Source: Eledone cirrhosa
Taxonomy: Eukaryota
Reading direction: 5' to 3'
NCBI GenBank assembly: GCA_964016885.1
Contig: OZ024758.1
Span: forward strand, 11,532,001 to 11,596,000
DNA length: 64,000 nucleotides
Below the pieces are notes generated by a model. That model was given only the letters and a program-made list of their open reading frames with translations. It did no database searches and was not told the origin of the DNA. Below, piece after piece: positions 57,251 to 64,000 of the stretch (positions within the stretch are counted from its first letter, which is position 1; the number at the start of each line of letters is the position of its first letter). A program made the translations under genes and the position numbers.

Positions 57251-58105
57251 TTCATACATACATACACACGTACGTACGGCCATACATATATGAGTGCTTC
57301 TAGTAGAGCCCTCACTGTTTCAAGCACTGCACCAGGTTTTCGAGAAAAGATTACCCCCCCCCCCCATCACCCGCCCCCTTTATCACATCAGAGCCGGAGG
57401 TCATCGAAAGGGCCAAGGGTTTCACTTGTATCTTCGCGAGGCAGAAGGAACAAATACTTTGCTGATATCCTAAATCCCGTCACCAGAACATGTTCTGATG
57501 TAGATCTGGTGCATCTAGAGGCGAAGTCTATCCTCTCGAAGGCTGAGATCACCTAAGCAATTATTATACCCCTCCGATGTGGCAAGGCCCATGGGAAGGA
57601 TTAAATTCGGTCGGAGATGTTAAAGGGCTTAAATAGAACAGACAGATAGAACTAGAAAGCGAATCGATATTACACCGCCTGCTAAAGAATTGATCATTTG
57701 TCTACATTTCGGTGAAATTGTTTCTTGAATTTACTTAATTATATAATAAACAGGCGTTTTCTTTTTGTGAAATATCATTAATGAAATATATAATAAAGCC
57801 GTAATATTTCAATTAATGCTGGCTTCAGATCACAGGTCAGAGTAGAAAACATATCCAGGATATCAATCAATAAGTAATTGACAACTGGCAATCATCACTA
57901 TAGAAACAAATGTTATGATGTCAAGTCAACCTAACAAAGCTTTAGTTTATTATTTTATTATTTCATTACCTTTTAAGGTAATGAAATAATACATACATAC
58001 ATACGTACATACGGACATACATATATGAGTGCTTCTAGTAGAGCCCTCACTGTTTCAAGCACTGCACCAGGTTTTCGAGCCAAGATTCCCCTCCCCTCAT
58101 CCCCC

Positions 58106-58208
58106 GGCGAGGTTAACTTTGCCTTTCATCCTTACGGGGTCGATAAAATAAAGTACTAGTAATGCACTGAGTAATTGCTGACCTTGTGCCAAAAGTAGAA
58201 ACAATTAT
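58106..58208 (+). mobile_element. SINE family A, 3' half
   Basis: cgaggttaactttgcctttcatccttacggggtcgataaaataaagtac...gtagaaacaattatt. Confidence 0.85.
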
Positions 58209-58752
58209 TTCATTACCTTTTCTATTCAATAAATGTAATGATATTCATAATTATGATAATGGCAGCATAACATTTCCAAATACAGAAAGAAATAAAATAT
58301 GTTTTTAATGACAATATTTTAAACCAATAACAAGTTTGACATTTTCAATTTTAATGTTTCGTTACATATATTTCAGTAAGAAATTAAAACAAATATTTTA
58401 ATTTTGAGATATTATTGTAATATTTTAATTAAAATATACCATTAGAGATATTTTTTTTCTAAATTAATAAACACACCAATATGCCGGTAACTCTAAAGTA
58501 TATTTGAAAATATCAGTTGAGATGCTGATAGAATAAAATGCGTAAAATATTTCAACATAAAGAGCTATGCTCAGGGTTTGAATCATTAATGATCGAGGCG
58601 AACTAGGATTAAATGTACCTATATATATATCCGATTCCCTTTCATCAGCGCAGGTTGGATAAGTTGGTCCGCAGTGATAACGAAACGTACGGACCTGGTA
58701 TGGCACCGTTGTAGTAATTATATTCAAATTCGACCTATCTCTTTCTCCCATT

Positions 58753-58835
<83 letters not shown>

Positions 58836-58986
58836 CGTATATAGTAAAGACACAACAAACGATGAGGTCCAATGAAGATATATATATTAGTTTTACACGT
58901 GTCTGCGGTACGGAGACCAGGCAAAAACTCCACAAATCAGAGTAGTACTCGATACAAGGTATGATGCAGAGCAGATTGAACATAAT

Positions 58987-59068
58987 AGTGAATTAGGGGA
59001 TCGAACTCGAGATCAGGAGGTTAGGAACCGAAATCACCTGAGCTGGTGTTCGATCGACTACATCACTG
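58987..59068 (-). mobile_element. degenerate tRNA-like (SINE) head
   Basis: Minus strand agtgatgtagtcgatcg...gagttcgatcccc..ttcact with a B-box. Confidence 0.4.
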
Positions 59069-59149
59069 ATATTAAACTCCACTGTGGTTTAAAACTACGA
59101 GCAACCTGGTTAGAAAGGAAACTTCTAAAGTAAACATATATACTCTTGC

Positions 59150-59201
<52 letters not shown>

Positions 59202-59968
59202 AAAGGCTCATGAATCAGAATTCATAATGTATCACATCTGCCAACAAGCTAATAGTTATAATATATTGCAAAAATTAGAGAATTAAAAACAAACAGACTC
59301 CAAAGCACTCCCACCAAATTGTAACCACAAACTTGGAAGTCGGTATGCGAACATCAGACAACGAGCGTAATATAGAAATTTCAGAGTAAATATGGAAGCC
59401 GTAGACTGCACAAGATTCATTGTTTCAGAGGATAAACAAGTAGGAGAATTTGTCGTCTGTTAATCATGCAAGACAACGAGTCAATGCAGTATTTTACAAT
59501 GCCAGATAGAAAAAAGCCGATACCATTATTCTTCTATATTTGATTTATAAAACAAAAGAGAACGAAACGATTAACAATGGAAGCTATCAAAATAAACTGA
59601 AATAAAACAAAATAAAATAAAATAAATTAGAAAAATGTACGATTAACAATGAACGTGGAAATAAAAGTCATATCCAGTACAAGTGAAATAAACTATAACA
59701 AGAACAATAGGTTAACATTTATATAATATCTAATAGAGTGATAACGATTTTTATCATACTTTGAAACCATGACTGGTCGGCTAAACGGAATAACATTCGC
59801 CTACTATCTCCACCTCATTTAGAAGATGCGACGTAGAAGTTCTTGAAACGTTATTGGTCTTAGAAAAGTTATTCTTTCACACTAAAGAAGAACTAATGAA
59901 AATATAAAAACTCTTCAATACGAGAGATTAAACTCGAACCCAACCCTTTGCCATTTTATATATATATA

Positions 59969-60523
59969 TGAAGAGGCAGATTTTCAGGTCTTTACGAAGG
60001 TCCGACTTCCACACCGGTCTCAAGCTGTGGCACACCGCTCAGGCTTTGCTCTTCCTCTCAACCACATCATCTTCCGTATTCCCAATCTTTGCTCCCAAAT
60101 ACAGGAAGTCCTCAACCAATTCTAGCGGCTTCCCGCCTACATTAGTGATCCCCTCTGGCTTCTCAACATTCTCTACCAGATATTTTGTTTTAGTCTCATT
60201 CATTCTCAGTCCCACACTCCTAGACACAGTCTCAACCTCCTGCATCAAATCCTCTGCCTCCTTCACTGTATTTGTCACCAAAACTATGTCGTCGGCAAAT
60301 TCAGCATCAGATATCTTTTTCGCCTTAACTCTCCTGCTCTGAGCCGGTGCTACAGTAAAGCCAGAGTCGCATACAATAATCCACTACGATGATAAAAAGG
60401 TAGGGAGCCAATGTATCTCACTGGAGCACTCCAGCCAGTATCTCAAAGAAGTCTGTCATCCCAGCAGATGTAATGACTTGGGCTTTGGTGTTGGTGTAGA
60501 GCAGTGATATCAGGTCCACTACC
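59969..60523 (-). mobile_element. RTE-clade LINE reverse transcriptase fragment
   Basis: FEILAGVLQ*DTLAPYLFIIVVDY...DAEFADDIVLV...GLRMNETKTKYL...VEDFLYLG, with stops and a frameshift. Flanked by TA tracts. Confidence 0.9.
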
Positions 60524-60823
60524 GTATATATATATCTTATATATATATCTTATATATATATCTTATATATATATCTTATATATATATCTTATATATATAT
60601 CTTATATATATATCTTATATATATAAGCAAGGGTTATTAAGCAGAGGAAGAAAGAAAGGAGGAAGGAGAGAATGTGACAAACTTTACACCTAGGTGAGAG
60701 CGTTGTTTTGAGACAGTTCAGAATAGAAATAAGGGAAGCTGGACGGAAGGATAGCATTTATGGAGAGAAGTAAGATATGCGAGAGAAACATATAGAGCCA
60801 AATTAATTTAAATATAAAGAACT

Positions 60824-61119
60824 TCCTCCATCCATCTCTGTCTCTCATAGCATTTGCCAGTTCTTCCGCAGTGCATCCAGTATCGTCATCAAGTTGCTTG
60901 ACGTATGTCTTCTTGGGACGACCAACGTTTCTTGCTCCGTGCTGCTTTAAACGTGTCTTGGAGGGAACACCCAACAAATAAGGATCTCTATGGCAATATA
61001 CCACCTATCAGCAGGTCAATACGTGGACAGAGACTCAGATTTGCTGGCCACTGTTAGCGCAGCAAGGAAGAAATAGCAGGTGATGTGTTGTTATGGAGTC
61101 CATCTCATGGAGCAAGAAA
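60824..61119. mobile_element. RTE-clade LINE 3' end with internal inversion
   Basis: Minus 60942-60824 reads HGARNVGRPKKTYVKQL...AMRDRDGWRK. Plus 60941-61119 reads AALNVSWREHPTNKDLYG...QRLRFAGHC*RSKEE..VLLWSPSHGAR. Confidence 0.88.
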
Positions 61120-62142
61120 AACAATACGTATAAATAATTGAAATTTAATATTCATAAATATATATTTGATAAGATCTAAGAAGTAAACATTCTACGTTGA
61201 ATTCATTGCGCTACGGTTCTTATATATTTGATATATATTTATCCTTATCGAGCCCTCTTTGGATTTTAGTCTTCAAATTTATTATTATTACTATATATAT
61301 ATATATATATTATATAATTATATATATATATATATACATTATAAATAAATATATATACATACATTATATATATATATATACATTATAAATATACATATAT
61401 ATACATTATATATAAATATATATATATATATATATACATTCTATATAATTTTATATATATAATATGTGCGTGTGTGTGTCTTTATGTAGCAAACATACAT
61501 TCCTTTCAGGTGTTTTCCATTTTCTATTGGAAGGGGTAAAAAACTGAGTGTGTGCGTATATGAAAAAAACAGCTATATGGTATTCAAGTATTGCACCCAA
61601 CAAAGTTCTTGTATATATACACACACACACACATACACTCACACACACACACATACACGCATGCACACACATACACACGCATACACAGACATACACACAC
61701 ATACATGCACACACACTCACTCACACACACACACACAATAATCCTACCAGAGCCCACTCTTCATCCAAAACTGATAGATAGACTAACCGACGAAAAACAA
61801 CAACAACAGATCTTTCCTTTACAATAATTTAAAACTTCTTAACAATATAACGGGCAATTCTAGAATCTTCTCTGACCATAAAATAATTATATTAATAATG
61901 GTTGTCCATAACAACCGGAAGCTGAAGATTACACAAAGAAATTCCCAGTTTGCTAAGCGCATATCTCAACAAGACGCACTGAAAACCAATTAAGAAAGAG
62001 TTCTATAAACTAAACTGGTGCCAATTTCTCTCCAAGAAAGTCATTTCAATAATATGTAAAGTAATATTCATTGATTCGATAACTCCGATATGATCAATAC
62101 ACAGAAAATAAATGTATTCGTCTTTTTCAGCATATTTAAGAG

Positions 62143-62224
<82 letters not shown>

Positions 62225-62236
62225 GTATATATTATG

Positions 62237-62375
<139 letters not shown>

Positions 62376-62533
62376 TTATATATATATATATATATATATA
62401 ATGACTATATGTGATAAGTATCTTATCTGATAAACGAGCTGGACGTAATCTGTAATGGAATAATTATATTGTTTTGTTTATTATGTAATTAAATACTTCT
62501 GTACTATACCTTTACTACAGAAATACTTATAAC

Positions 62534-62581
<48 letters not shown>

Positions 62582-63058
62582 ATGCGTGTTTTTCGTCCAT
62601 TATATTAAACTAGTAATAAAAAATACACTACATTGACACGAGAATACATATATGTTCTTTTATAGTTTATATATACTTTTATACACTTTGATAATATCTG
62701 TAAAATTCAACAAAGATTATTGAGCATGCGTATTGTATAAAGTTGCTCCTTGTCTATTATTACAGGATGTACATTCACGTTCTTTTGTTGCAATTATTTG
62801 CTTTCTTTATGCCACTGAGAAAAAATTCACTCAAGCATGAATTATTTTTCGGTAAATGTTACGCATTGATAGCACGTTCAATTGTATTACATATATTATT
62901 ATAATATATTAATATTGGTTATTGATTCGTTTTATAGGTTTATAGGAATGTTCGCAGTTCTGCAACATGACCTCTATCCCAGTTGCTGGAATATATTATG
63001 GAAACCTGATGACAAAAATATTGGGAGTGATGCTGGCTGATGTTATTATTCACAAATA

Positions 63059-63247
63059 GCGGTGAATTGGCAGTATCGGTAGAGGGTTGGACGCCATGCT
63101 TTCTAGCATAGTTACGTCCCTTTACAGTCTGAGTTCAAATCCCGCCGAGGTTAACTTTACCTTTCAACCTTACGGGGTCGATAAAATAAAGTACCAGTAA
63201 TGCACTGGGTAATTGCTGGCCTTGTGCCTAAAGCAGAAACAGTTATT
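63059..63247 (+). mobile_element. SINE family A, full length
   Basis: Family A consensus. Confidence 0.9.
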
Positions 63248-63726
63248 TTTCATAAATAGATGCGTGTGTAAATCTACCTGAACTAAAGTTGTATAAAGTT
63301 TTGATATATTCTAACAATTTTCTAGTTCATGAAGATTTTATTAAACCTCATGGAAGATAGACCAGATATAATTTGTATATTTAATGAAGGAGAAATGTTA
63401 TATATATAATACTTAAAATGAAATCTTTACTTGTGTAAATGATGTGGAATTGCTTCCATTCAATATGATAAAACTGGCATATTCTTGTCAAAGAAAGACT
63501 TTATATCTTGTTGCACGGAATTCGGTAAAATATAACTAAGTATTATTTATATGCTGTACACGTATGAATAATATATAAGAGAGTGAATACGGTGGTTATT
63601 CTGTTTAGTAGTTTCACTATACTCTATTATTATAGGTTTTTTTTTATTACTATGATACATCGGAATACATGCCAGATACAAATGTTCTGTTTTAGAATGA
63701 ATCAGCAAAATTGTTTTCAAACTTGA

Positions 63727-63881
63727 CTAAACCGTGTTGTAGATGGATGAACAAACTGGATAAAGGAATCCTCGATTTATGTATTGAACAGTAAAAAAGA
63801 TAGGTACGGCCCACATGCCACTTGTATGATAAATTACAGCAAACCATATCAGTTGTACATGAAGAAACTCTGTGATTAGAC
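63727..63881 (-). pseudogene. possible exon or pseudo-exon of an MFS transporter (MFSD14/HIAT1- or SLC46-like)
   Basis: Acceptor ctgctctttcag|G, then GLITEFLHVQLIWFAVIYHTSGMWAVPIFFTVQYINRGFLYPVCSS. Hydrophobic, with a GL...QL.W....MW....YP..S pattern. Donor uncertain. Confidence 0.3.
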
Positions 63882-64000
63882 CTGAAAGAGCAGGTTATGT
63901 ATGAACTGAAAAAAGAAATACTTTAAATGTACGAATAACCTAAGAGTATATACTGTGACAACATTAACAATTGCCACAGTATAGTAAATCAGAAGATAAG

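Noticed and set aside
57253-58080. about 90-bp direct duplication (57253-57343, 57990-58079) and the 88-aa ORF at 57290
   Set aside because: Likely repeat fragments, with no recognisable domain, TIR or LTR features.

Overview
AT-rich, microsatellite-saturated eukaryotic DNA. The SINE families and repeat landscape suggest an octopod cephalopod (inferred from recall, not a search). One intact gene is supportable: a two-coding-exon class A GPCR on the minus strand (11478-11186 joined to 9799-8785, 435 aa, FMRFamide/sex-peptide-receptor-like). A possible MFS-transporter exon lies near 63.8 kb. Almost all other ORFs in the track are microsatellite or minisatellite read-through. The rest is about 10 unrelated minisatellite arrays, about 25 tRNA-derived SINE copies, LINE fragments (Dong/R4, RTE, Ingi/Vingi-like), a TIR MITE and a mariner end. 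The most interesting layer is not in the ORF track. It comprises several type I hammerhead-ribozyme (HHR) motifs of the Penelope/retrozyme kind, one with an essentially intact core at 12414-12469, and many fold-back palindromes set in (TA)n tracts. Several palindromes carry the 3' half of an HHR pointing outward on both arms, and one lies inside the GPCR intron. There are also two twin-priming-type inverted LINE insertions and a satellite born at a SINE 5' junction. All family calls come from motif recognition by eye, and repeat boundaries are approximate.
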